A stretch of DNA of 64,000 nucleotides. Source: Sphyrna mokarran. Its lineage: Eukaryota. A program made the position numbers and the translations under genes. The stretch is from assembly GCA_024679065.1 (NCBI GenBank), contig JAGIQG010000011.1, positions 41,478,001 through 41,542,000 on the forward strand, written 5' to 3'. Each line of letters begins with the position of its first letter. The first letter of the stretch is position 1. Positions 11,319-25,639 of the stretch are shown here, one piece after another. The notes beneath the pieces were generated by a model. That model saw nothing but the letters and a program-made list of their open reading frames with translations. It made no database searches and was not told the DNA's origin.

Positions 11319-13761
11319 TGACACCTCCGATCACGTGGCACTGTCACACCAATCACAGGTCTGCAGCAGTCCTTGAGGTTATGAGGCAAAAGACAATAAT
11401 GGTGAAACATTAGGAACTCATAATTCAGCATGAAAAACATAAATGGCGGCCCATAAATAAAATCTCATATCACATCCGTCAGCAGAACTTGAGTTTCCCT
11501 TCTTCTATGAGTTACTATTTTACTATTTTACGAGATAATAAGCTGCTGAAATGTAACATAAATTACTCGACAATTTCTGTAAGACATTTACATCTTTACT
11601 AGGTGTTTATGTGTTGGTACCTTCCAAAGAATTAGCTTCAATTTGTAAACTCGGGAACGATTGTTTTCAGGATATATAGAAGACATCTATAGTTCAAACG
11701 ATCTGCAATATATTGTTGTTGCATCCCTCTTCCATGGCAATTTATTAATATTCAATGCACAATGCATTACTCTTATTAATACCTACCTTGGATACGATTT
11801 TTCTATAAATATGGTATTTTGATTTTTAAAAAGACATAATTATTTAGCAATTAAGAAATATAATAAACTTCTAAAATGCTTCACATCACATGGAAAACAA
11901 CAGGTTTTGTGCTAAGGCTTTATTATTCCATAGACTCAAAACAGTTGAAGTCAAAGAACGCTAAAAATGTCCCAGTCATGCTTGACAGAAGTGGACTTCG
12001 ATGGGACACACAGTGCTATTCCAGCTGGCTTCACTGATTGAGGCCATTTTGATAATGGTGAGAAACAAAAAGACCCCTCTCAAAAAGAACGAAAAAACCA
12101 TAGTCACAGGCGACTTGTTCGCCTGCAGCATTTGCTGGGGGTTCAGACCGTTTTATTCTGTGATCTAGACAGTGTTACACAAGACATGATGGATCGGACC
12201 GGTTTTAAAAGCTGAAAAACCAACGAAGTGTTCCCTAGCCATTGTTGGTTTCTTTTTCTTCAACGTAAGCGAGGTTTGTGTGAAGGGAATGTGTTGCTTT
12301 CTATTACATCTCTCTGCTTTATGACAGAGGGCAGGCAGTTTAGTTAAAGTATAACTAGCATCTATTCAATCGTTTTGTTCTAATTAAAACAGAGAAATAA
12401 GCAAGTCAGCATTTTATATCTGCATTCTGCTGTTCGCATCCGTTTTAGCTCATGCAGCCATCTGCAAAACAGCAGATATTACTGGACAAAATGATCTCTT
12501 TGGACATAACTGTGAAAATATCAGCATAGTAACTTAACACAAAAAAGCGAGTAAAAGCGTGTTTAGCCTTTGGTAACCGGCAATCTTTCTTAGATAAATG
12601 TTCGTAATATAAGAATCGATTTGAAAGAATGGAGATCAGACTTTTGCAGTTATAACAATAGTTGTTTGAAAACACTATATTATATATAAACCATTTAAAT
12701 ATCATGCTTTTTTTTCCAATTTATGTACTGTCTGCAATTTGATGACCCTAGCACAAAACTGCTAATCATTCTTGCCGAATTTGTGAATTTATTATTAAAC
12801 CAATTGTATTTTATTTTCGCAAGATCTGGATCAATTATTTATTAAATGTATCCAACATACTGAGGGGACTCCCCAGTAAGTGCATTTGTGTTGAAATGAG
12901 GGGCTCAGCAATAAAGCCGAATTCTTTGATTGAAATATGGCATTTTGTACTCCGAGTTGAGGTTGCCTACGCGATTTGTCAAACTAGGAGGTTATTTCTG
13001 TGTCTGGAATTAAATGATCAAAAACGAGGGTTAAAACAAATCATTGTGAAGTATACTGGAACCGTTACACGAAAATGATTGGCCGGTATTTTAAGTCTTA
13101 AGTACGATACCTAGTCTGCAAAATCATTTAAATAAAGCGTATTCCCGTATAAACCATCGCAAGCATTGGACGTGTGACTTATCTGCTACTATATCACGTC
13201 ACAAATAGATTTTCGATTCATTTAGAAAAAGCCTTCAGCCATACAGGACTTGACATTCTAATGAAATATGAGTTTATGATCTGCGGCCTCCAAAGTAGCA
13301 GTCAGGCACACGTGCACATTTCAGCTGTTTCTTTACGAAAAAATGTCAATGTTTTGCTTTCCTGCCCTATGTTGTTTGTTTCTGTGTTTCGTGGCATTTT
13401 ATTTTCTTTTGTTATTCTTCTTTCACCTCCTATCCATGCGCGCGCCATTCTAGTTTAATAATTTTGGCATTGTATTGCTGCCCTTTACTTAGCTATTTAT
13501 CTGAAATTTAATTGCATTTCTGCTCACTCACTCCCCACCCCCTCCTTGCCTATCTAATCTGTGTTATGTGTAAGAGATAAGGAAGTAACTCAGTATTTTT
13601 ACTGCCACGGGACCTGAACCTACACCATTGCAGCCAGCCCCTTCGATTGTAGTGGATTTGAAGGCGCTATCTTTAGAATATCAAAACTAACATTAATATT
13701 AAGGTATTGTGAAAAGGTTGTGGTGAAGCGGCAGATCTGGTTCAGAAACACCAACTGCTTG

Positions 13762-13778
13762 TGAACTCTGTTTGAACC
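13762..13778 (-). promoter_or_regulatory. DR5 RARE upstream of the HoxD3 coding exons, next to a Hox/Pbx site
   Basis: GGTTCA-AACAG-AGTTCA, matching the conserved Hox3 5' RARE type. TGATTTATGG at 13805-13796. Confidence 0.8.
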
Positions 13779-15840
13779 TAAATCGCAGCCACGGGCCATA
13801 AATCATTTGGACAATGGTCAACTGTTTCTGCGTTCATCTTTCAGATCTTTCTTACCTTACATGTTTTTTTTAAATGCAAGGGTGCATCACCTAATACAAA
13901 GATTTGATAAGTAACACCTTGTTCTGGACCATCACCTTTTATTTTTGGTGCGTTTCTGAATACATTATCTACATCTGCCGGGCCCATGGTGAAAAATAAT
14001 GCCAAAAATTATTAAATACTCTTGGCCAACATAAATGCAAGTTTCTCTGCAACATTAATGGAAAGTAGAAGGGCGAAAGAAACACCAATGACACACGCCA
14101 TGAAAGGATTGAAGTCATGAGTTAACTTTCCATCTTCCTTTCTCCTAGGTTTCAAATTCGTCTAAACAGCGTGTTGCAAAAGTTAAACTGCTTTAACACA
14201 CACTTGAATACATAGTAAAGCTACATCGTTAGTAATATGTGTTTCCTTGTGTGCTCTGGTTCGCTATTTTATGTCACATGTACTGTTTTATTTGACAATG
14301 GCCAGACAACTGAAGAACCAGTTTCTATCATTGAACTAGCAATAAAGTAATTGCTTTCCGTTTTCTTTTGTTTTCAATTTAATCTTAACAGAGTAGTCTA
14401 AGAATGTAAAAGGCAGCCACAAAGGTGGGCAGTTCGTCGTTATTAAGGAGCTAGAGCCCTCACAGTGCATATCAATGCACCTGTCATTGTGTGCTACGCA
14501 AAATTTATGACTGCTAGTGCTATGGTCGTAAACGCTTCACTACAGAATGAAAAGGAAAACACTTCCAAAGACTTGCTATCTTCAGAAGTGCAAAACAGTT
14601 ACAGCGTAGGAGGAAAGGCCAGAAAAAGAATGCCCAGACTCCACAAGTTTCTTATCTACGAGGCGTTTCGCCAACTCTTGCAGGATTTTATATAAACCAT
14701 TGAAACTTGCCAGGAATTTGAAATACGGCTCAGACCGCAAGCTTTCCACATCTAGCAGAAGCGCGTGGCTGGAGCGGCAGGAATTGAGAACTATCTTTGC
14801 TAAACGTCAACTGGATCCAAATTTGAAATCAAAGGTTTGATTTCAGGTATGAAGCCGGGAGAAAAAGGGGATCAAACAGCACAAGAAGCTTTTCACTTTT
14901 ATTCTGTGTCTGGCAGGCGTTTTCAATGTAATTTTATTCGTTGTATACATCAGCTATTTTAAACTGTAACGAGTTTTACACATTCTCAGAACTTGCTTAA
15001 CCATGTGATATATTTTGTTAAACATCCTACACGAAAATTTGTTGCCTTCGGCCAATTGCGCTCCAGAAGAAGTAGATTATTCTTGGGACATGGCAATGTT
15101 GATTATGTTTATACTTTGAGGATCAGTCCTGGCAGAGGGACCTATTCCTATTTCAGTTTGCATTTCACCCAATCTCTTCCAAAACGGTGCTTAATTCCTA
15201 CATTGTGAACATCGAAGAACTTTATTTTGAAAATGAAATGGCCTCTCTAGAAAAATAATTCAGGATTTGTAGATAAAGGCAACAGGGTCTCCATCACTAA
15301 ACCAAATATTCACCCGGTCTCATGTTTTAATCTATTTCATATGAGGTCCTTCATTCTATCTAGAGTAAGTGGGATAAACGCGCTCTTGTGTAGACTATAA
15401 CGGTTGAACAGAACGTGAGGTTCCTCACTCCAATTCATAATCCATTTTTGTGTTTTATCTAGAAATCGTACTGCTGATATACAATCGAATTAACTTGTAA
15501 ACTAGACACAGTCCGAACAGTCGGTCTGTCTTGTAAGTGCGATATGTGTTGCAAAAAGAAGAAAAAGAGATGGAACAAAGATATGAAGTTGAGACTGAGT
15601 GAGAAGGATTAAAGATCCGAAGTCAAATTAACTGAATGGAATATTACAGCTCAAAGGAAACATTCCAATACTTCGTCAAACGTGCCTCCTTTAAGATTTA
15701 ACGAAACATACCCAGGTGTACATATTGGTTAGAAACATACTTCATTCTGGACATTAACATTTGCCATGATTAGCTTAAGTACGATCTCTTTCCCGTTTTT
15801 AATTGTACTGGTTCTTTCGTAGGCCTCAATGGTCCACTAC

Positions 15841-15889
15841 TTGAGTCTGCGGTGTGGGGTTAAGTCGTGTTACCACACCGCAGACTCAA
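15841..15889. repeat. Perfect 17-bp inverted repeat with 15-nt loop
   Basis: TTGAGTCTGCGGTGTGG (15841-15857) and CCACACCGCAGACTCAA (15873-15889). Confidence 0.9.
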
Positions 15890-18800
15890 TTTATCAGAAT
15901 CACAGATTATTTTGCAAAAGCATTGGGTTCTAGCACAGAGAAGAAACAGATTCTTAATAGGCGCAATAACAGGCACCAATGAGGAAACCCAATAATCACC
16001 TCCCTGCCTGTTTAAATAATGTATTTCGTTTCTTCTTTATGTGTCCCAGCGATTAAGACATAAAACTATGAACTAAATCCCCAGAAGTAAGTTTCATTTA
16101 CTTATTGACCAGAACACCAGATTCTGCCTACAAATGGGAAGGAGTGAAAAGTATAAAAACTCACCACCGATTTTTTTTCTATCTTCTTTTGGTTGGATTG
16201 GATTTGGAATCTGTCCAGATTGATCAGAGGGCACGGGTTTTGTTCTGAAAGCAGAGAATGTAATTAAATACTTTCATCGACACTAATATCATTTCTCTAT
16301 ATCCTATATATTTTAGGTCATCTTATTGACTGCTATCAAGCAAAGAAATGAAAGGACCTTGCAACGGGCCGCTAAGATCCATTTCTGTCTGTGGACAATG
16401 TATTTCTTTGTTATTTACATAAAATACGTGGAAAAAAACAATGTTCCTTGTGAGCTTTAATCAAATAGTTTCGTAATTTAGTTATATTTTTAAAAAAGAA
16501 AAAAATGTTAACTTGCTTTGTTTCCGAAATTAGAAATTGGATATCGCTAAATAGCAATGATATATGATTAATGAGTTGAGCTGCATTGCCAGTGAATTTA
16601 AAAAGGAGGGAAGAAAGGGTTAAATAAATTTAAAGTCGGTACAGATTACGGTAGGGCATTTGGCTTCTTAAAAAAATGTCAAAGAACCGCCTCCCGAGAA
16701 TCTGAATACACAATAACAAATCATTCTTTTCCAGCGATTTTCATAATCCAAATTGTTATTGCGGAAACATGAAGCTATTAATAGCATCAAGCATTTCAGA
16801 TCGGAACTTCAATTTAAAGTACCAGAAATGTGCCTCGAGGGTGGGCTTATTACCCAATGAACGTGATATTTTGGGGCCTACTGCACTTGGTAGGGAAATA
16901 GATCGTTCAGTGGGGCCCTTTCATGGAAAATGGGCCTGAACGGAGCAGTAAATAAGAATCACACTTTTATATCATGCAGTCTCTTGATTTCCTCGAACTC
17001 ACTCCAATCCACTTTTTGCAGATTGCCAATATTAACACTCTTCATAATAAAAAAGGCGTCTATTTCTTTTCCAGATGAAGCTTAAATCTGTGCGTTTAAG
17101 CAGAAACTACCACCGCTGTCGAACATTTTATAGCCAGCTAACATAACAATACAAATATGGAGGTTAGCAAGAAAGGGCCTGGCGCCATATATAAAGTTCA
17201 TGAATAATGTATTATATTGACAGGCGGTTATGCTTTGTCATTGGGATACCAAACATCATGTAATATTTTATATCGATCAGGCAGGCTCATAATGCTCGCT
17301 ATAAAGAGTTTGGTTATACAAAAAAAAATAACTAAAATACAATAACACAGCACGGCCGAATCCCCCAAACTTCAAATCAATCTCCAAGAAGCAGATAGGA
17401 GGTGAAACGAAGCTGAAGTCAGACAGGAACTGCATTTCAGGGAATGTTATATCAATTCAAAGCACATGCTTTACATTTGAAAATATATTTAAGGAAAAAA
17501 AGCAACTGTGGGCAGATCAGAGGGACAAAGAAATCGCCGTCATTAGATGACAATATGTAAGAATCATAAGGCTTTGAAATGACCTTTGGCTTGTACAGCA
17601 ATAACTCACCACTTAATGAACAACGAACGGAAGCGCCTCCACTACCTCACAATACAGCCCATCACACAACTTCACCATGGATTTTCTATCCCTCTTTAAT
17701 CCCACTAAGACGCAGCACTTTGCAAACTAGCTTCACCAACTTGTGTCTATATAGTTTGAAGTTAGAAGAGGATCCAAATCACAGACGGCAAGGCATCGCG
17801 TCCTCGGTCCAATGCCTCCCACCATAATGTGTGTAATGTATTCACGTGGCCATACGTCAATTTAAAAGGTTTTATTTCTCAGTAATCACTGGAAGTAAAT
17901 TAAGTATTTGCAGGGCAAAGTCGCTACTTTTCCAGAAAGCAAGAACATTCGGCAAGCTTTAAACACTTGGCTGCTTTCAAACAGTTACTGATAACTTAAG
18001 TATGCTCAGCTATGACCTGGACGGTAAGTTTTTAAACATCTTATTGATTTCGCAGCAGTGTAAGAGAGCTCTCAAACTACCATCCTAGAAGTTAGAAGCA
18101 GAATATCCGTGTAAAATAGAGTGGGCAGAATGAATACGTCGGAAAGTTCTGGAAAACTTTTCTTGTCACTTTCTTAAATTGCTAAACTGATTTTAAGAAC
18201 GATGCCTTGTTTATTACTTTCAGTTCTCCCAAAACATAGTGCAGCACAAGCCATGAGTCCAGGGCGGTTACTGTACATGGTGCCTGAAAAAGTTGTAACT
18301 TTTTTCAGAGATGAAAAGTTTGAAAGCCACACAAGCAAGCGAACGTTGATGGTTACCATGACGTGAGCCGAGGAGAGGTTTATTGAAATTTTAGGTGAAG
18401 TTATAAATGAGTGGCCCCATCGAGCAAAATGAAATGCTACTCAGAGTAATTGGATTCAGCTGACGAACATGGCAGCCCAGCAGCTTCGAGGCATGCAGCA
18501 ATGAAAAATGCTCCACGCAAAAGTTTGTACCGAGCAAAGCACGTATGCAGACTGCAAAACAATGTGTATGTCTGTGGACATTCGGAGGAAAATGCACAAA
18601 TCTGCATGCGAATAATGTAAATTTGGATAATTTATATGTTTACATTGAGAAGAAAAGCGAAAAGCCCTCCGTTATTAATATTCAGATTATAGCGAATACT
18701 ACTATCCTTATACGAGCTTAAAATTGAATTTCTAAAAGAAACAGCTTGAATCATATTCCCGATCCTACCTTAGATTAACTTCAGACCAGCGTGTTATGTA

Positions 18801-21800
18801 CAGTAATAGCATTAAAATATGTCTAAAAGTAGGAATTATTATTATACAACTAGAAAATAGTACAGTTGCATTCTTAATAGCAATTAATAAGAGTAATTGA
18901 ATGCGTTTCTAGAACTGGAAGAGAGAGAAAAAAACAAGTTAACATTAAAAATTTAGAATCTACTGGAACAAGTTCGCCCACAGACTAGGATTTAAATATG
19001 ATGATTTCGTTTTTGAAATTTACCCACATTGGTTAACTGTAATAGTATCACTACAAAAACATTGTACAGTGATTATCTTCTGACACGACTGTTGAGTTAA
19101 AATGATATTGATATTTATTTAATATTTAAATACATTTTAAAAATACGGATATGGAGATTTCCTAGAAATTCACAAATAGTTTTCCTTGAAGGACAATAAC
19201 ATTAATTGAGAAATAATTTATACAGGCTGCTGCAATAACTTTAGCCCGCAATATATTTCTGAAGCGCATAAATCAAAGAAGACTGCAGCCTGACGATAAG
19301 CTAGAGACAACAAATTAATGTGATTTACGATCTAAGTTTGCTAGTGACAGTTTGAAAAGTTCCCTGGGTTTCTGTGCCTTTTTATTTCGTTTTCCTTTTA
19401 CATAAAACTGCAGAATCAGCTAAAATGCACCACAAGACAAATCTGGGACTGTTCTGGATTGTCCGATCTAACCTTTCTCAAATTGCGCACTTTGGTGAAG
19501 GAGCAAATGTTTCTTCCCTGTATAAATCGCCATACTTTGCTACAAAATCAGGTTCCTGGTTTGCTTCTCAAATGGGAACAATGCACTAGTTTGTTTCAGA
19601 ATTTCATACAATTTGGCATGAATAATATACCCTCTTGCTGAAGGCATTATCTAAACCTACTACTAAAGGTTGCATATTATCACACGATTGCTTACCTGTG
19701 TGTCAATTTATCATAAATCTATGCTTCTCAAACTCAATTTCTTAGCCTGCAGCTGCGAATAATATCCTGCGCCGTTTGTCTGGAGACAGTGCTGTCTTAA
19801 ACCAGATCTTGCGGTTTTGCAGACATTTCGATACGAAATGCAGACGGTATTCCCGATAGAAATGGCTTCAGTCTCAGGGACAACTACCAATAAAAACGGC
19901 GTACAGAGATGCATTAGCTTTTAGATCTAAACCGAGACTTTAGAATCGAGCATTCGACGCGGAAATTGTATTGATAAACCGGTAGGTATTCCTTTAAAAA
20001 AGTTGCAATTTATGAATTTTATAGTGCAACGGATACCTTTTATAATCAGAAAATATAGGCGCTGCCTCAAGATACAGGCATATTTGTTCACGTGATCTGT
20101 GTTACCAGATTGTTCTGATTGAGCCAGTAAGTTGAGCCAGCGCTACCTCACTAACATCTATTTAATATGGATTGTTTGGTGCTTTGAGTCACTTCTTACA
20201 TTAACACTAATGAAGAGCTGAATAAAATTAAGTATTCGGTGTTGCATTTGTAAAAGCATTGTGAGGTAGAGTCTTTCAGAACAGTACCACGTTCACTAAA
20301 TTGAACAATAGATTTGTATTTTATTGCCTTTTCATAGCCCCTAGACTGCAGGCTGCTTATCATTTCTTCTGGTGTATTGAGTTGATTAGAGCGCTCATTT
20401 ACTTAATCTAACAAGTATTACTTTTGGAAGAATCGGATTCTGTGTAGATGTACCTATATTTACATTGTATATGACCAAGGCATTTATATGAAACACTTCA
20501 TTTCGTTTAAAATATGTTAGTATTTTGAAAACAATATATATTTGTGGGTCTCAAAGCCAACACAAAGCTGAGAGTAAAACGACAAAATATGTAATAAAAC
20601 GACAACAAGCGAGGTTAAATGTTGTGTGGTGATCACATAAAAATCTGGCGAATGAATTGGACTTCCTATTAATCCCGTTTAGATTTGGAATTAGTTGAGA
20701 GAAGCCGTTAAAGAAATGCTGCAGCAGATACGATTTCTGTGAAACTCAATCTCCCTCCTTTCCAGGAAGAGAAATTAATCATCGTTGGTAACTGCAGTTT
20801 TATGCAATGAACTTGATGTCTGTGGATTAGGAATTAATGTGGCATTTTCCCTATCTCTTTCAGGAGAAGCAGTTTAAATCACAAGGACCTGTGACAATGT
20901 CTAGTTACACAAACGTCTCACAAAACCAGGCGTTGAATGTCGTTTCATTTAATCTGTGTTAATATTATGTATTTACCCCCGACAAATGTTTTGTGAAATA
21001 TAATGTTTTTGGTTAGGGAAAATTAATTTCCAGTTACATTCTATCGAATTGCTTAATATTTCTGTTAAATGTTACTTCCAACTGCTCTTAATATCTGAAA
21101 CATTTGTCTGTAGTTTAATAGCAATAAAAAACATTTCTATTGACAGTAATGCATGACCTTATTGCACCTAGCGCTGGCTTAACGCAACATTTATCTAAAT
21201 TACTTTACCCTCTGTGGCTTATATGGTCGTTATAAAAATATTGCTTTGCAATTACTGCGTTATAAATTATTTAAAAGAAAATAAGGCTTACATCTCAATG
21301 TGTAACTAAGGCGTCACTTTCGGTCAAAACCTATGTTGAGCGAATTCAGAAGTCTGTTTTGATGATATTTCAGAATATAATGATTATTGTAGGACTTTGT
21401 AAAATAGATATATCTTTTATATCTTTCAAGTTATCCACGTTTGCGACTTTTAAGTGATCACTGTATCAGTATTCGTCGATCCCAAAATTGTAAATTGACC
21501 ATTTTATTAAGCAAGATTTCTCTTTTCTGATAAGTTTATGAGGAGACTAAGATGAAGCAACTAAGTGTTAATGCTTGCCACTGTGGGAACTCAGCTTTAC
21601 GTGGAATATAATCAAATGGGGACTTGAAGACGGCTTCGATTGCGGCATATGTTCATACAGCAATAAAAAGGAGAGATTTACAATCTTCGCCTGGTCTCGG
21701 CAGCCTTTCAGGAATCACTGGTAGTGATTTATAACAGAGGAAAATTGTTGACCCCCCCAGCCCCCACCCTCCCCAACAACAACTTTCTTCCGATTTAATG

Positions 21801-23892
21801 AAAAAGTTGTAATTAAAGCGTTTTCATTGATTCGTGTCTGCCTAGTTCTTCGCTGGAGTGGAATTTAACGGTAGATGACACTCAGTTGAAGTGAGAGTAG
21901 GCAAAAGAGTAACTTGGCGGTACAACCGCAGCTTTGTCATCAGTAAAACAGCGCTGCATTTGTCATCGGCGAATAACTGAATTAATAGGTTATTGTTTTA
22001 ATGCATAATTTATTAAAAAAGGAAACGAGCGTTGACTTTACACACGTGACGACAGCACAAATTCAATTTCCAGAAGTGTTTTGTGACAAAAGCAACGGAA
22101 GCAATAAATGCCGAAGTTCATTTTGTAAAATATCTTCAATCAATTGAATAAAATCTTTTTTCAAAAGATATCTGAGTTTGCCACAGTAATGTATGCAGTT
22201 TAATTGCACTTTTAGAAAGAGGTTTAGGAACTGAGCTGTCATGATATGCCACTCCGACGCTACAACTACAACTTGGGTTAAGGTCTGATATTATTGTTTC
22301 ACTTTATGTCTTAAAAGGTTGACTTGCATTTTTAACCTTTACCACAATAATAAAACTTTTGCACATTATTGTAAAACGGCCAACAATAAAAAGCCAGATT
22401 ATGCTTGTACTTTATTGTATTGTATTATTATTATTATACATGTGAAGCATACTTTAATACGACATCCTATTATTATCATACTAACCTCAAATCAGCAAAG
22501 CAGAATAGGACCATTTTATAACATTATAACATGTACCGACAGTAAAAACACAGTTTGTTCCTGTTCTGGGTAGAAATCACAAGCATTTATTATTTAAATG
22601 AGTCAAGCACGCTCTCCTAGTTTTGTGGATAGTCATTTAACAGACTGCTATAGGAAAGACAAAAACTCATTTTCTGTCAAACGAATCCCCATAGGTGCAA
22701 AGAAGACATTTGTTTCATCTTTTAAAGCAAAACATCTATTAAAAAATGAAGCACCAAACCCTCATGAATATAGTTTCTGTAGACTTGGGTACCTGCAATT
22801 GTTCTAGTTGAATCTCATTTACAGACTTTCCATTACATCTCAAAGAAAACAAAATATATGACTCGTGGTATTCAATATAAACTCAGGCCTCTATTTCACT
22901 GTGTACAAATAGGCAGCAGATGCCATGACAGCCGGCATTGTTTGCAATAAAGCACAACTAAACCGTAAAATCTACGCCATTTCATGACACTCAACTACGC
23001 CTTAATAATAACCTCATCGCAGCCTTACTAACATTTACCCCACCTCCAAAATGCAGCCGGTACAAATTTCTGCATCTGAAGTTTATCATGGTTGTTCCAA
23101 AATGTTAAAGCTAATCCGAATAGAAGGTCAGTATATCTGCCTACTACAACTTATGACTGTCGCCTGGTAGCACAGAGTAAGAAGCAAAGGGCGCTATTCA
23201 TCAAATATATATGACAGTTACATTCATTTGCTATCTTAGCAGAAACAAAACTAAAATTGTTTACCTACCAAGCTTCCATTTTTCAGTTTCTGGCAACGAA
23301 CCACAACAGCAAAGTGAAATAGCGGACCATTTGTATATAATATTCTTGGGATCTGTTCACTTTTCAAGTGTGATAGAGTCCTTTGCTTGGCCGATTAATG
23401 ACGACGCCGTGTTTCTTTCGGGACGTACTGCATTAATTATTTAGTAAATCACGTGGCCGAATCAAATATATAAGGATACATAAAATCTTGCCACCTCTTC
23501 TGGACATAATCATAAAATGTATAAGTCTTACCATTTGAGAAATATTTGGTTGGTAAATATGTTTTAAAATTCTAAAGGGAAAGACTAACAAATATGGCTG
23601 TTTAGTAGCGTTGGGTTGCATCAGCTTTGTCCCATTTTGAATGACCAGCCTATGGCATGGTCGGATTGACTCTTTGCCTTCCTTTCAGCTGTTTCTCTTT
23701 CCAGGCTAGGAGCAAAATAACGGGGCAGTGTACACATAACAATAACAGTTCAGCGAATATTCCTCATTTAAGTTTAAGTATATTCGGATTTATTCCATGA
23801 AACTAAATACTAAAATTATTTCAATTTTAAGGAAGTCAAATCATAAAAGGTGGGTCTTTGATGCCCGTATTTGTCCCTTAAACATGCATGGA

Positions 23893-24090
23893 GCTAAATA
23901 AATGCGTGTACAAAAAAGTATGCATGTACATTATTGCATATGCACCCACGCAAATATACATACACGCATACATCAATACATATACTGTAGCCAAATCCAC
24001 ATATGTACACTGTCACATGTACATACATGCATATACATAAATACATACTCATGCATGAAAAATAGATAAATGCATACAAACAGCACACAG
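23893..24090. repeat. Degenerate (CA/TA)n low-complexity tract
   Basis: Alternating atacatatacacatgta-type sequence. Confidence 0.75.
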
Positions 24091-25639
24091 TTAGATATAA
24101 TGGTTATATGTAGCCATGGAGAGCTGTGTTGAGCTTCGATAGATATAAATATGCAAGTTGATTGATTGTGATTGATATTATATGTGACGTTGTGAATTTT
24201 GAATGATATAACAGTTCAGAAATCATGATGTTGTTTACTTTTATGTTCTGTGCTCCCCTTGTTTGCCTATTCGATATTTATGTGACAAATTACACAGTGA
24301 AAGAACTTGAAAATAATTAAGGTTCTGAATTTAAAACATCTGAATTATGAATTGTAACCAGTGCCTACTAATACGTGTAGCTGGATAGGTTAAATATTGA
24401 TAAATTACATGACTAAATGAATATGAGACGTTATCAATTGACCTTGGTGGTAACTGCGGTTAAAAGTAGACTGCTTTTCAAGGAGATAGGTGTTGCACTA
24501 AAGTCAAAGTCATATACTGCTTACAGCTTCTTTTAGTTTATATATGCGCTGGTCATTTAGACTGTGCCTTGGAAAAGACAACATTTGCCACTGATTAATT
24601 GCTACTTATTGGGGCTTTCGCACACACTGTAACTGAGTTTCAGTGACCTCTGTTTGACCAAATATTACACAATATTTTGAAACGTTCGTTCAGTTTCACT
24701 TTCCGTGGATGGTTGTAAAAGAGAAAGGAGGCTCTATTACACTCAGCTGTCATAGTGGACAGGGCAGACATTTTTTTGGAGGGGGTGGGGTGTTAATATG
24801 AATCATAACTTGGCATAACATGGGCCAGGCTAAAACATCTACACGACAGGATGCTGTGTCCACACAGAGACGAAAATTCTTCTTTTAGTTAAAACAAATG
24901 AACTATGACAAAATTCTGAAACCTTATCCACAATAAGGATGCACCACTGCTCGAGAATATAATTACTTCCAACCGTACCAGTGGACGTTTTGTTTATTTT
25001 TGTTGTTTTAATGTTACATATGCGGGGATATCTTTTAGCTGGCATGAATTCAATTCTGGCTTGACAACCCAACATGGGCCGTTATCCCACACAATCATCA
25101 ACTGCTGCAACGCGATTTGAATGTTTTGAACACATTAATGAATGTGGCAAAACTATATTTTTGTGGCGCCTATACGGAAAAAGAATTACAGTGGAAATCT
25201 CAATGCAAGTTCTAAGAGATAAATATTTGGGAGAGTTTCTGAGCATTTTCTTTATTCAGCATCGTAGGAAGCAGAGCAACAACATATTGAGTTGAAAAAT
25301 AGGTAACGTCTGAAGCTGAGTAAATGAACAACGTCTATGTTCTATCATTAGAGGTAATGGCTGAAATGTCACTACTGTGATGGTGTAAGGGTGGGAGAAA
25401 AGTGGGTTTAGAGGCATCGTGCATGATCCTCAAATCTATATATTCTGAGAATAGATGCAAAAGTTACTTCTATAGAAATTGTAGTAGTTCATACGTGAGA
25501 AACTATTTCAACTGGCTTTAACTAGAGGGTGTCTGTGTTGAAACACATAGAAAAGGCGAAGGGTAGGATTGAGTCCAAAAGGTCAAGGGTTTAGAGGTCA
25601 GTCCTCCAGGCTGAAATACAGCTAATCGAATAGAAAATT

